Assembly: GCA_964016885.1 (NCBI GenBank)
Contig: OZ024747.1
Coordinates: 16,802,001-16,866,000, forward strand
Length of the DNA stretch: 64,000 bases
Reading direction: 5' to 3'
Source of the DNA: Eledone cirrhosa
Taxonomy: Eukaryota
Part shown: piece after piece, positions 14,216-28,614 of the stretch
Position numbering within the stretch: position 1 is the stretch's first letter
Layout: every line of letters starts with the position of its first letter
Made by a program: the position numbers and the translations under genes
The notes under the pieces: model-generated
What the model saw: only the letters and a program-made list of their open reading frames with translations
What the model was told of the DNA's origin: nothing
Database searches by the model: none

Positions 14216-15841
14216 ACCCGATATATAACAATGTCAGACTTGAACCCGTCACCACCTCTAGCAACAAACATCAGGGCCACACCTTACACCTCATCTCCAC
14301 ACCCATTAATCCACTTTAACGCAAATAGTGACATCCTCCTAGTACCTTTTACCCTAGAGATATCCCCATGTACTTCTACTTTTGGTATATTAGCCTTCAA
14401 TTACTTAGACTACATTACACCAATATATAATTAATGTAAACTTTAAGCACGGAATTGGTTGTGCTAACATTGTCCTGTGTATGGAGTGCCATCATTGGAT
14501 AAATGGAAGATTAAGTAATTAATTTATTAACATAAAAGCGCTATATAATCTATATGCTGAGTGCAATGAATTATGTACAGGTGATGTATGAGTTATACAT
14601 ACATGTATGACTTGATGTTCAGATTAGTGTCATTGTAAGTGAGAATTGATCTGTAGACTACCCTAGTGATATTTAACTTTGCCATGCAATCAGACATGCA
14701 ATGACCCAGAGCTTACCAGGAGTCATATATAGAAGTGATTCTAATAAGACCCTGCCAGGTTCTGCGGGTGGACTACACTTACAAAGATCATTGATTTGGA
14801 GATCTGACTCTTCATGTAGAATATTCGGTTGTGGCACTCTATGATAGAAGGTAATCATCCTAATATGAACACCTTTAGTACTTCTTGATAGACTACACTG
14901 TAATTTATAGATAAGATACTTAAATTTAGAAATTGTTTATAACCTTATATGATAGGGACTCATTTGAGACACCATTAATGTACTTTAGGATAATAAATTT
15001 AGCTATAGAAATCAGCTAGTTACATCCCCTTACGCATTAACTCCCCTTAATCACACACACACTTCCGGAATATAATACGATGTCAACTCTCACAACAAAA
15101 ACAACCTGCTCTATAGAATCGAATTAGAGAAAAACAAGCTGTGATGTTCTAACATGGTTCACCAGGCACCCAATGTTGAATCATCGTGGATTGTGTGATG
15201 GACATGTAGTCTATAAATTGCGTTTCCTGGTTTGTGAGAGTGGTGGTGTGTGCGAGGACAGTGGTGCTGTTTTGCTTCTCATTTGTAATATTTTTGATAT
15301 TTTTGGTGTTTCTCTACACACGGGCTTCTATATCGTACAGGTGTGTGTGTGAAAAATGCTTTACCAGTACAGCCCCCATGATGCTCTTGATTGCCTGCTT
15401 TGACTGCATGTTTTACACGTAACAATCTGCCGCACTATAATCTTGTATAAATAGGACACGCGTGCATGCCTCACGTGTGACTGTTGCATACACTGGCTAC
15501 TCCAAACTATCCTCTTGCTTTATCTTCGTAAACTGCCAATGTTTTATTTTAATTTTAATTTTAATTTTAACTTTAATTTTGTCCTTTAATATGACTGTAA
15601 TCTTTGTATGTAAATTGGCATGCTATATTATTATAATGGATGTCAACCCACTCCGGGTCAATATATACATATGTTTCTATATGTCTCTTGTGTTGAAAAG
15701 GAGGGCAAGTATGTAAATATTCACTGAATAATTGCTCCGAAGACACCAAACCTCGGTTTGGAAGAAACAATTGTAAGCAAATAAATGATTTAAACAGAAC
15801 TTTGATTCATGTAATTTCTCTCTCTCTATATATATATATAG

Positions 15842-15869
<28 letters not shown>

Positions 15870-15873
<4 letters not shown>

Positions 15874-16067
15874 AAAACCACAGACCCTCCATCTCAACCC
15901 TACTTTTGAAAAGCAGAAGAACTGCGAAACCGGTAAAGGAACAAAAAAATATATATATATTTTCTTAAATAAGACTCCACTTGCATTTTCGATTTCATCT
16001 TCTTTGCTTTATACTTTCACTCGTGTAGGACACCTCGGTTATTTTTCATTTTGTAGAAAAACCTCAC

Positions 16068-16073
<6 letters not shown>
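15870..16073 (+). mobile_element. Solo pLTR fragment, family F, between (TA)n tracts
   Basis: Close second copy at 37990-38235; C-rich leader followed by a hammerhead-like motif. Confidence 0.7.
15903..15938 (+). ncRNA. Minimal hammerhead with U3:A8 compensatory core variant
   Basis: CTT-TTGAAAA-GCAG-AAGAA-CTGC-GAAAC-CG-GTA-AAG; stem II GCAG/CTGC, palindromic stem III ACCGGT, GUA site. Confidence 0.6.
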
Positions 16074-16137
<64 letters not shown>

Positions 16138-16404
16138 TAAAATAACAGATTTAAGTTTAAGCAAAGAATCGCTGCTTTCACCCTTAACGGGATCTTCTTA
16201 GACATTTATATTTTATATAACTGGCTTTGTAACCCAGCTAAACTTAAGTACCTCTCTATATCACTGCTGTAACTTATATATATATATATAAATATATAGG
16301 TTTACATATACATAAACTAGACAGAGCCATAGTGTGTGTTTGGCAACCAATCACGGTGTGGCTCAATGACGAATTAATTATTAAATAATCAACAATCAGA
16401 GCAA

Positions 16405-16900
16405 CATATAGGAAAGTAAGTTCATAGAATCATTTGATAATATATATACAGTATTTCCCCTCATAATCAGCATAATTAACCATACAAAAAATGAATTAAA
16501 CGAGGCTGTAAGTTTAAAATGTAACTATGAAGAAACAATAGATAAATAAATGATAGCTATTTTATCCGCGATCAAAAGCCACAGTATATTTACCCAGTAT
16601 TTCTAATAGCCCGTAGAAATTGATTAGACATATAGCCAACCATACACAATTAGGTACAAAATCAAAGTTAGAAGAAAAAATGTACATAAACATACCAAAA
16701 TTATGGGTAGAAATACTGTGTAAATATTCTGTGGCTGTTGATCGCGGATAAAATAGCTATCATTTATTTATCTGTTTGTTCATAGGTACATTTTCAACTT
16801 ATAGCCTCGTTTAATTGATATTTGTGTGGTTAATTATGCTGATTGGGAGGAGAAATGGTGTATATATTTTATCAAATGATTTTATGGACTTACTTTCTTA
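16405..16900. mobile_element. Old fold-back element (~200-bp diverged inverted arms); further partial copy at ~17878-18135
   Basis: ATAAATAAATGATAGCTATTTTATCCGCGATCAA and its reverse complement at 16738-16771; ends run into TA. Confidence 0.6.
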
Positions 16901-17710
16901 TATATATATATATATTTATATACATATAGTCTTATTTAGTGGGAGAAGTGATACATTTGTGTTCTTCTTGGTGATCTTTAATCTGATCAAGCGAAAGAGG
17001 AATGGAACTACAATTCATATTATACTGCTATAAGATGTGGCATCTCAAGAACAGATTAAAACTCGTAAATGTTAAGGAGTAATTCTGCTAAAGCGACAGA
17101 TGAATTAATTCAGCCCTATACACATATGTTATTTGTCAGACTTTCACACTGCTGAAACACACCGCTATGCAATGCAATTTTGCATTTGCACTATGTGATT
17201 TGTATCACACAATAATAAGAATAACTTTTTCAAGAGTCAACGTACTAAGGCAAATACAAATGGCTGCGGTTATGTACCCATCCACATAATTAAGTTAGTG
17301 GTTATTCATATCCATTTAAGAGCCATGCACCCATATAACATACCAAATATAATCTGAACTGCCGTTCATTTTAGTATTTTTCCAGATACTACTTTAATAA
17401 GATACATGTAAATAAATAAAATATGTTAAAATATGTTAAGTATTTGTTTATAACCGACAGTGTAAAATATAAGAAATCAACCTCATCAGAATGGTTCTAT
17501 TCATAAACAAATGAAGTGGAATGTTTCATTACCATATATAACTAAATCGATATTATTTCATTTTTTCCTAAAGTTTATCAGTGACAGACAGTCAAATGCT
17601 TGTTTTTTTGTTAGCTTGAGATATCGGTCTTTTCCTCATATATTGCGTTTTGTCGGCAATCTTCAAAATGCCGGCGGGAATATTTTCAAAGCAAAACTAG
17701 ATACATATAA

Positions 17711-17831
<121 letters not shown>

Positions 17832-17834
17832 ATG

Positions 17835-17879
<45 letters not shown>

Positions 17880-18133
17880 GGTATGTTCATATGCATTTTT
17901 TCTTCTAACTTTAATTTTATACCTAATTGTGTATGGTTGACGATATATTTAATCGATTTCCATGTGCTATTGATCGCGAATAGATGGCTGTCGTTTATTT
18001 ATCTATTATTTCTTCATAGGTGCCTTTTAATCTTATAGCCTGGTCAATTGTTTTTTTGTGTGGTTGATTATGCTGTTTGGGAGAGGAAATAGTGTATATA
18101 TCTTATCAAATGATTCTATGGACATAATTTATA

Positions 18134-18173
<40 letters not shown>

Positions 18174-19920
18174 TTTATATGTATCTGTATAACTTTAATG
18201 TTACTGCTATAATTTTGAATTTATCTGTTTTAAACTAACAGGTATATCCAGGATGTGGTCCTCTCCACTTCTATGAAGAAATGTTTTGATTGATGCACGT
18301 ATAGGTAGCAGTTAAGTTCGAAAATGATAGCTTAAATCAAGATCGGTAATTATCCTATTACCAGTTTGTACATTATCAAACGATCTTCGCATTCCTCCAG
18401 ACCATTCCTGTTATTACTCTCTACATTAGTTATGTTTAAATTGGTCTAGATTTTGATGGACAATATTGTGTTATCCATCTTCGTGTAGATTGACCACGAT
18501 TTTGTCAACTTTGCATTTTTCCCAAGGGACTCTGTTTGGGCTTTAATGAATATTTTAATGAGCGGTTATAAGATTGGATCAATCATGATAAAATATATCG
18601 GACACCATTGAGTACCTTAATAATGTAATGTATAATAAGAATAACTAGATGACACTTTCAACGACAGGAATAGAATAATTAATACGCAAAATTCGCTTGA
18701 AAAGGCCAATTGATGTCCTGTAATGCTTTAATTGCTCAATGAACACTAACTTTTTAAATATTCTTAAAGACTATATATTTTTTGCTGAGGTTAATGTACT
18801 ATGTAACGTGTGATAAGAAGCTTAAACCCGGAACGTCATAAAATATTCATTTGACTCCTTGCATAAACTCACAACGAAATAAGCCACTCAATTGTTTCAC
18901 TACCTAATTAATCTAAATAAACGAATAAAATACTACATTCCACGGTAAATCGCCCTAAAGATAATTAATCTACAGGCACCGAACAATGACATTAAAACAA
19001 TTGCGTTTGAATAGAAATCCAAAATAATATGCCATTACAGCAAATATTAGTTGAATAATGTCAATATAAAAGCTTTTTGATGAATAAAAATATATTACTA
19101 TGATTAAACCTAAATTTCAACATAGTGTAACAGTGGAGTTTTATCCTTAACATAATGAGGAACAGTGAATTGACTTGATTTGAATTTCTTCATAACAATC
19201 CATATAATGGAACACATATAAAGATAGTATGATATTACTAAAATTGCTAAGCAGACATTGTGGTACTAGTATATTTGGTTTCATCTGTTGCAGGGATTTC
19301 AATTATGATGTATTAAACGAATCTATCACAATCTCACCTAAGTGTGTATTAATCTCAATCAATGACACGTAGCATAACACTATTTGGGAAAATCATTGAC
19401 TTCCCGCATATCTCATTTTATCGATCAGGAAATAGATTTTGATAAATACCATATATATGTTTCATTATACATATCTTTACTGATTCTTCGTAACACTTCC
19501 CAGGACATGTTACGATCTAATGGAATGCTCATGTCAATTAAAACATATTTTCTTTTTACAGTTCTTCACAATTATATCTGATTTATATATATATATATAT
19601 GATGAAACCGGTCTTTCCATATATTTTACAACTGTGTGAAAGGTGTGGAATACAAATATATAAAATAACATCCCCAGTCATACAATGTTAATATCCGTTG
19701 TGTAGTATTCATGAATCTTAAAAGATATATGCTTAAAATTTCTGTAATTAGTCCATGGTCTTCCAATATACTCCGATTTTCATACAATAGATTTTGAAAA
19801 CACCCATCCCGAAATTCTTAAAGCGTTTACATCCTGATATGTAATTTAACATATACATAATGGATATTCATGTGTGTGTGTGTATGTATGTGTTTGTATA
19901 TATATAGTAATTATACATAT

Positions 19921-20034
19921 ATAGTTGCCTGAAGGAAGAAGCAGTAAAAACATCAGCTTGCTTCGGGAAACTATGATTATCCAGGAAGGTACACGTCAGT
20001 ATGCCATGTATTTTATATGATATAGTATATATAA

Positions 20035-20100
<66 letters not shown>

Positions 20101-20555
20101 TATAAAATACATGACATACTGACGTGTACATTCCTGGATAATCGGAGTTTCCCGAAGCAAACTGAAGATTTTACTGCTTCCTTCGTCAGGCAACCATGTA
20201 CTTACACTCGATTGGGTCAGTCGTGTCTTTTTTCGTTCGATCACACGCTCCTGAACATAGGTTATGTTACTGCTGTGTTCTTGGATTCTCTTGCCTTTAG
20301 TTGCTGCACATTCTTCGGTTTGTTGTTTTTTTCGTTGTGTCTCTTTTCTTCCCTTTTCCCCTCTATTTTCCTTCTCTCCCTCCTCCGTTTTCCCAGCAAC
20401 TTATTCGGTTATTGAACGCTCTGAGGGATATTGTCTTTAAAGCGTTGAAAACTGATGAGGAAAACTACCATCACCCACCCCCCTTCTTGCTTTCTTCTTA
20501 TTCTCATTCCATTTTTAAGCCTAACTTTGCTAGCAACTACACATGCATCTTTTTC

Positions 20556-20560
<5 letters not shown>
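19921..20560. mobile_element. PLE-like pLTR pair in inverted orientation around a central (TA)n, plus adjacent UTR-like sequence
   Basis: 19921-20025 is the reverse complement of ~20095-20196. The minus strand reads CTGACGA..GAAGCA/TGCTTC..GAAAC (degenerate hammerhead). Confidence 0.6.
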
Positions 20561-20589
<29 letters not shown>

Positions 20590-20593
20590 AGAA

Positions 20594-20721
<128 letters not shown>

Positions 20722-21034
20722 GGAGAGCGAGAGAGAGAGACAGACAGAATATTCGTGTGTCTTATGTTATGTCTTATTTTCGATCCTATATGGCTTTTTA
20801 TTTATCTCCGATCTATTTAGAAAATTTATATCAGAAATAGGTGACGACGTTCATAAACCTGAAAACATTTTACTATGCATTGGAACAATTCATAAAAGAG
20901 TTAATGAGCCTTTTCAAAATACTCACATAGTATCTAGGAAGAATAATGGAATAAATTGCGACTATTCACTTTCCAAGTTTATTTATTCCATCGCTGGTGT
21001 TAAAATCACATCCAGGTTCTTTATTGTACACAGG

Positions 21035-21102
<68 letters not shown>

Positions 21103-24100
21103 TATATATGTGAATGCTGTTTGTGTATGCGTTTTTATGTGGATGTATGTGTATTGTAACTCATTCCCATTATTTTTGTGTCGTATGTGTGCATTACGCT
21201 GGGCTTTTAACTAGTTAGGAATCCATTTTGTTTTCTTGAAAACTCTAGTGATTTAGATTTAAAACAGTAGTCACCGGTTTAAATCAAGTGTCATCATTTA
21301 TCTATCCCATCTGCATCCGCTTAAAGATGAATCATTTGTAATATTGTAGCATTTCAATATTTATTACGTTTTAGGCTTTATATTTCAACCAATAGTCGAT
21401 TTATTACGAATATCCAGAATTTACAAATAGGCTGCCTAGTGCAACTACATCTAATGTACTATATCCTGGAGCTCAGCTTTAATGTTCGTCTGAAACCTTT
21501 CTGGCTTATTTATCTAATTTGATTCCTCATTTCTCTATTATCTCAATGACGAGACATATTGCCATACTTAAACAATTTGCATCTTCTCATTGTAGATCTA
21601 GAATACTTGAGCTGGGCCAAACTCATTTTGAATAATTATTTTCAATGGTGAATCACATGGAAGGAAAGCATGAATTTCCATACGATATTAATATCTTTCA
21701 ATGGATGAAGTTAGTTACAACTTTGTGAGATAAAAAGTTTTGATAAGAAATAGTATTTATATACGTAGATATTTTATAGTCAAATCGTTATATTTTACGG
21801 TCATCTATCTAAATACATAATCCTTTTAAAGTGTCTATTAAACTACATTTGTTACTATTATATATATTTCAATTGAAATGTTATAATCATTTACTCGGAG
21901 AATCTCGGTTTAGAGAATTTAAATATATGAAGTTTTCTTCATTATGAAGCCAATTGTCTGGTAATGTGCATATCATAGTCAATCTATTATGTAAAGATCA
22001 GAGGCGCCATTGAATGGCTCTTACATATTAGTGATGCTTTGGAGAATATTCAAAACATAGCAATATTTTCATTATCTTCTTTAGCATCTAATACTTTTGC
22101 AATTGTTTCTCATACCGATATCTATTATGAATCCTGGCATTAGCATGAAGTAAATCTGAAATTAAATATCAGGTCACGTATACATATTTTATTTAAACGC
22201 TAGTTCAAATCCGTAATGAATTCTAATGGAAATTTGTTTTCAAATCTAGTGTTATGACACATGCACGTTGCTTCGATGAATAAATTGTGGCCTTTGTTAT
22301 ATTATTATATGGCAGATCACGTTCTTTTCACTTTTTACACACCTAAAATATTGTTGAATGTAAAAGTATATTATGATAATTTTCCCAGCCGACATATAGG
22401 TTATTGCATAATATATGCAAAACATTTCGATATCTATTCATTTTAACCATAGTCTTTTTGTCTGAGATAGTATTTGGAATTTCTCGTTATATACTTTCGT
22501 TATTGTACTTTATATTCTCGTAGAAACGGTAGCTATTGTTTAACAGATCAATGATCAATGTCTATTTAGTAACGACTAAATCATTTTTCTTACTATGAAT
22601 AGTGTATCTAAGATTATATTACAATATATTTCCTGAGGTCTCTATGACAGTAGGGTGTTTTTTGAAGGACATTTAGAATATCTTGTAGCAAGATGAATAG
22701 ATTCTTAAAGCTTCCACCTAGGGTCATCCTTTTATGAAGTTTTAATATATTGCAAATATCCTCAATGACACATTTCCTACCAAATTTCCATTATTTTGGG
22801 AAATATTACTTTTGCTAACTGTTTCATGTATGGAATTAGAAAATACTTCCCTCGTCTAATAGAATGCGTATTATCCCCCTCTTCCCAGTGTGAAAGAATA
22901 CAGTTTTCCTTTTTTTACGTAAATTCTTAAATCAAATATATGTAAATGAAATGACTCTCCATTGATATCGAAGATCATTGTGCAATTCAGTCTATCAACA
23001 GAAATATTTACTGGTTACATTAACATGCAGCTAGCTGTGCATTATAAAAATGCGCGTACATTTAATGTAAATCTAGAGAGATTCAGCATGGTTCAATTTG
23101 GAACATCGAGAGTCCTTCCAATTACAGGTACAGTCTATTTAATAATGTTTCTAATAGGTTAAATATTTTTCATTTTATTTATAAATTTTTGTTCGAAACA
23201 CGCACGGCTCTATTAATTACCCATGTCTGAAATACCGCACTGGTGGCCGAAATAGCACCAACATACTTTTAAAGCGAATGGTTAACAATTTGGTCATGTT
23301 TAAAGGGGCAGTTTATGGAGTTTTAATTGACGTTACTGTGACTCCAACAAATCTATAGAACGAAACACAAGCAAAACCTTTGACAATGACGCAGTCTTCC
23401 ATGATGGGTAGTGAATATAGTCGCTCCCTAATTTAGACTCAAGCTCAGCAAATTAAGGAAGAACAGGATTTTATTTCAAAAAGCATAAAATTGAAGCATA
23501 TATTGTAAATGAATGTGTTATAGAATATTCTTCAAAGAAAGTTCTATACAGATTTGTATGATATATTCGCTGTCACGATGGCTTATACGGACTAAAATAA
23601 AATGTTGATCTCTATCACGTCACTTGCTGAGCGCAGTTTTCACATCTATCTTGTTGGCGTAGTTTCTATAATCAAATATTTTCTATTTCTGACGATACAT
23701 TTTACTATGCCAGAAACTAAATGGCTTAATGAAAGAAATTCGACGCGTATATATAGCTGGTAGAGTGTCAGACTAAATGTTTTCTCAACAACATCATAAG
23801 CATGATGTTCGCCTTATTGGCTCCATATGCGGAGAATTCCTACTGTTGTTTACTAATAAAATATGTCTATAATTTAGTGCTCATTGCAAAACCTAATATG
23901 AATATAACTTGATAGGAACTTATCTGTAGTGAATTTTGATTAATTGTGGGTGGATGACTGCATGTGATTGTTTATCCCCATCATTCTATATATACCTTTT
24001 CGTAGAATTGATTTTTACATGTGCTCTTTGATTGTTATCGAAAACAATGTTCTCCAATATACGTAATCCCCGTTGGTACCTGCCGAAGAATAATATCCAC

Positions 24101-25493
24101 TGATTTCACTGCATGTTTACTCACCAGCGTTTAACACACAACACTTCACTTGGGCGAAAATCTTTATTTAATGAGTTATACACGTGGTTTCTCGACCTAA
24201 GCAGCAAATCTAAAACTATACTGTGTCAAGATGCATGCATCACAACGAACATGATGGATTGAATGACATTCATCGTGGCCGATACCTAGTATGGGATAAT
24301 GTTATGGAACGTTCTTAGACTAGGATCGTTAGCATGTGAATATACCTTAATGTGCTCGAAGGTACTATTTTCCCAATATTTAAAAAGTGTATATAGCTTT
24401 AATGTTAACACAACAAAATTATACTTCCAAAACTATTCTTTATAATTTTCAATAAACATCATTCTTGCGGAAAACTAATTTTAAACCATAAAAAATGGCA
24501 TTAACCTTCAGTCATGGTACGTTTGGAAAGCCAATTACTTTATGTTAGGAAACACAGACGTCATTGAAACATGTTTGGCAAATATGCAACGAAAATCTTA
24601 TATTTATTTAATTGAATCCAAATATTAACTACGTAGTGTAACTGATAGTATACGCACCACCCTAGAAAGAGCTGTCATACGATACGTGATGCGATACGAC
24701 CTCACAAACTACAGGCCATTTCAAAATGCGTTTTCAATTATATATAAATACAGTTTCGTAAACACGACAAAAAGTGTTGGTGGTATGTGTTACCAACGGA
24801 TACGTAATGAATGTGTTTTCCCATCAGAAGTTAGAATTCATGTACGTTATAAATATCCTAAGAAGAGCATTGTACATGAAAACAGCGTTTGTAACTACAC
24901 ATACAGAGGCACACATTTACCTCAAAAGGACTGACTATATAAACACGTGCCTTTTCTCAAAAGCTTCTTTTTCCATCCCTTCCTGTTCTCTATCGCTATC
25001 TTTCTATTTCATTCTTTATTCCTAAAACTATCTTCTGATGAAAGACAGGTGTTAGAATCGTAAACACTCCTATTACGTCCTATTACATCAAGCTTTAAAC
25101 TAATATATTTCTTAAGTGTACTGTGTTGCTTGATTTGTTATTTCCATTTACTATTTGCATATATATATATATAGATAAATTTTGACTGTTTGTCTTGAAG
25201 TAACCTCACCTTGTCTCAGCAAATCAGAACAAATTTTGACGCAGAGTTCGAGAACTATCCCAGAATAAGTCAAAATATATACAAGTCTGAAAGGATTTAA
25301 GTAAAAATATTTAAAAGACTGAATCTTATATTGAAGTTGAAGTTGGACAAGGAAACATCAATACCGTTGGACAAGGTTCGAAAATAGAATATTCTCTATT
25401 CACAAATTATGTTTGTTCTCTCTCTTCTTCCCTAGTGTAACCTTTCTTTCAAATTCTCATGTTAACCTCTTTCATCATATTACTCTATCTTGC

Positions 25494-25580
<87 letters not shown>

Positions 25581-26779
25581 CTCTATCTCTCTCTATCTCT
25601 CTCCCTCCGTTCCTCTTTCACAAACATACACACTCAATTTCCTGAATTTGTATATCTGTGTATAGATTCATATATAGGCCTTACTTGAGGCCTTACTTGT
25701 TTCTATTATGGTTGTATAAATTCTCATAAATGTTGAGACGGAGGAAGATGAAGGAAAGAACGATAATGGTAGTGATAGTGGTGATTATGGCAATGATGAT
25801 GTTTTATCCTGTATTAAATGGAAAACAAAATATTTACTTTGCATCATGTCACTGAATGCAATATTTATTATGTCCGGTGATATAAACATGCAAAGGTTAA
25901 TGATCTGCTATATACAAAAGTAATAATTCAACAAATATAACTAATTTGTTTTCGTCCCTGTTGCTAGGTTTGAAAATGCATTCATTTATTATAATAATCT
26001 TTAGCTTGTGTCATAGAAGAATGATTATATATGTTTTGTCTTCACCCTCTCATTTCAATTACTTGCCTCTAGTATTTCAGCATTTGTATGTGCGTATACA
26101 TCTAGGAATTCCATAATTATGCATCCATGACATACGAGATATTCGTTGCGTATAAACATCATTATAATTCAAATTATTCATCTGAAGAGTTAAACGTTAC
26201 ACGATCTTCTCTCTGTGTTTCTTTTCTTATCTTTTTATCACTTCCTGAAGAATAAATATTGTTGATGAATGCAAATATGTATCATGCAATGGTTGCTCAG
26301 CAGAATATAAGTGTATTATGAGAATATGTTCATTATTGAACAGAAACATAGCATAGTTTCATGACAACTATACAATTTATAATGGTTAATTCAGCGTCAT
26401 CGTATTTATCTTTACTTTATATTCTATTCCTTCAATACTTGCTCGCAACTAATATGATGGTCAAATAATAAGTGGCCCTATTTACAAGTTATAATCCTGG
26501 CAAATATGGACGTATTATTTGCTAAATACCAAGCAACTATTAAGTGGAATCACAACCCTCGTAGATTTTTCAAACGTTTCTTAAACAAACCTTCGTGGAT
26601 CGCTATGTAATTTAAAATACACATACATGTGGGATGTATTTCCCACATGTATGTGTTGATTGTTGATATATTCTTCTACACATTTATAACTATTATTCTG
26701 CAACATTTAAAATAATTTGAAAGGGAGTAGATGACAAAAACTAAAGATGAGAAATAAGATGCGTGGCAGTGTTTCACTT

Positions 26780-27020
<241 letters not shown>

Positions 27021-27449
27021 ACAAGTGAGTTTGTGAGACACGCTAAGTTCCGATACCGTGTGCGTTATTATATATACGCACATTATTCATTTTTTTTTAT
27101 ATAATTAGAAGTGACCAGAATACTAACTATTCACCCACTGACGAACAAGAATCGGTATTCCTCTTCACAATTAATTTGCGAAACAACATCGCCAAACGCT
27201 GTCTGGGAGTTTGGTAGTTACCACAATTCCGGTTTGTATTTATTTTCCTAATTTATTCTTAAATTGTGTCTGGCAAAGCCTATTGTCCATAGTTAATATT
27301 TTTTTCACCTTAGCGAATCTGGTCCCTTACGATTTGAACACATATATGTATATATCTGTGATTATCTTTCTTTTATAATACATTATAATATACGGCGTCG
27401 AAAAATCTCGAGCTATTTTAATGTAAGAAACTAATTTGAGTTTCTAACT

Positions 27450-27486
<37 letters not shown>

Positions 27487-27494
27487 TATATAAT

Positions 27495-27916
27495 ATATAA
27501 GAAAAAAAGATGGTTAAAAGAGTTCCATGTATTTTATTATGCGCATTTCAAAAACAAATATCATCATGCAATAATATTTGTGTTTTCATCAGATAAAACA
27601 TGAAGACATGATATGAAGGTTAAAAAACGCTTGTGGATAGTTCAGTTTTAAATCAACATATAAAATATGTTGATTTTAAATCAACATATCAGATATGTTG
27701 TGTTTTTTAACCTTCATATCATGTCTTCATGTTTTATCTGATGAAAACACAAATATTATTGCATGATGATATTTGTTTTTGAAATGCGCATAATATGGAA
27801 CTCTTTTAACCATCTTTTGTTCTTATATATTATGTATACTCCAGTCCTACAAACTGTAGAGTGCTTATTATCAGATATCTGCATTGCTTTATTGTACTAC
27901 AATAAAACTAACCTCC

Positions 27917-27920
<4 letters not shown>
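27495..27920. mobile_element. Fold-back PLE pLTR derivative, family G, with hammerheads at 27530-27598 (-) and 27732-27795 (+)
   Basis: ~130-bp inverted arms; TTTTAT-CTGATGA-long stem II-GAAAT-GCGC-ATA-ATAAAA; right tail ends in (TA)n. Confidence 0.85.
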
Positions 27921-27971
<51 letters not shown>

Positions 27972-28324
27972 ATAGAAAAATTAATGTGAGCAAGAATCCA
28001 ACAGTATTTCATAATATATAAGTGACTATAACGTCAAGATAGAAAATATTTAACGTAAGATATGGGAAAATAATTCAAACTCAATTCAAAAATAAAAATC
28101 AAGACAGAAATATTAACCACAGATTTTGTGAAATCCAGGGGGAAAAAAAATAGAGTCTTAACTCAGAATAAAATTAAGGTTAAATACTCATCCTTCAATT
28201 TGGTAAAACTACAAATGCTCTATATAGTCTTTAAAAGACTATTTCACGAAACTTTTCAGTGGGATTAGTCACGGTTGGCACCGTTCATCAGTAGAGCTCA
28301 AAACACGATAACAAAATATCACTG

Positions 28325-28397
<73 letters not shown>

Positions 28398-28400
<3 letters not shown>

Positions 28401-28592
28401 AGCTTCACAGCACAGGCATTGCTTTATATCTGGAGATCTCTCTGCACTTGTCGTCACATGGTACAATGGGCCCAGCACTGTGTTAATAATTGTCACAAGT
28501 GTAGTGTTACACTCGTTCAGCGCATCGGTAGGGGTTTTCCTACATGGATATAAAATAGTGGTCGTACTCGAAAACGAGTTGGCAGCCACCAT
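28398..28592 (+). mobile_element. Unclassified TA-anchored repeat (family X), truncated and internally deleted copy
   Basis: Reverse complement of 30768-31001; ends ...CGTACTCGAAAACGAGTTGGCAGCCACCAT into (TA)n. Strand is inferred. Confidence 0.75.
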
Positions 28593-28614
28593 ATATATAT
28601 ATATATATATATAT

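Noticed and set aside
24960-25165. CTGATGA-containing pLTR-like segment (also near 7100-7150, 13140-13170 and 16160-16200)
   Set aside because: The second core half or stems are too degenerate to call a ribozyme.
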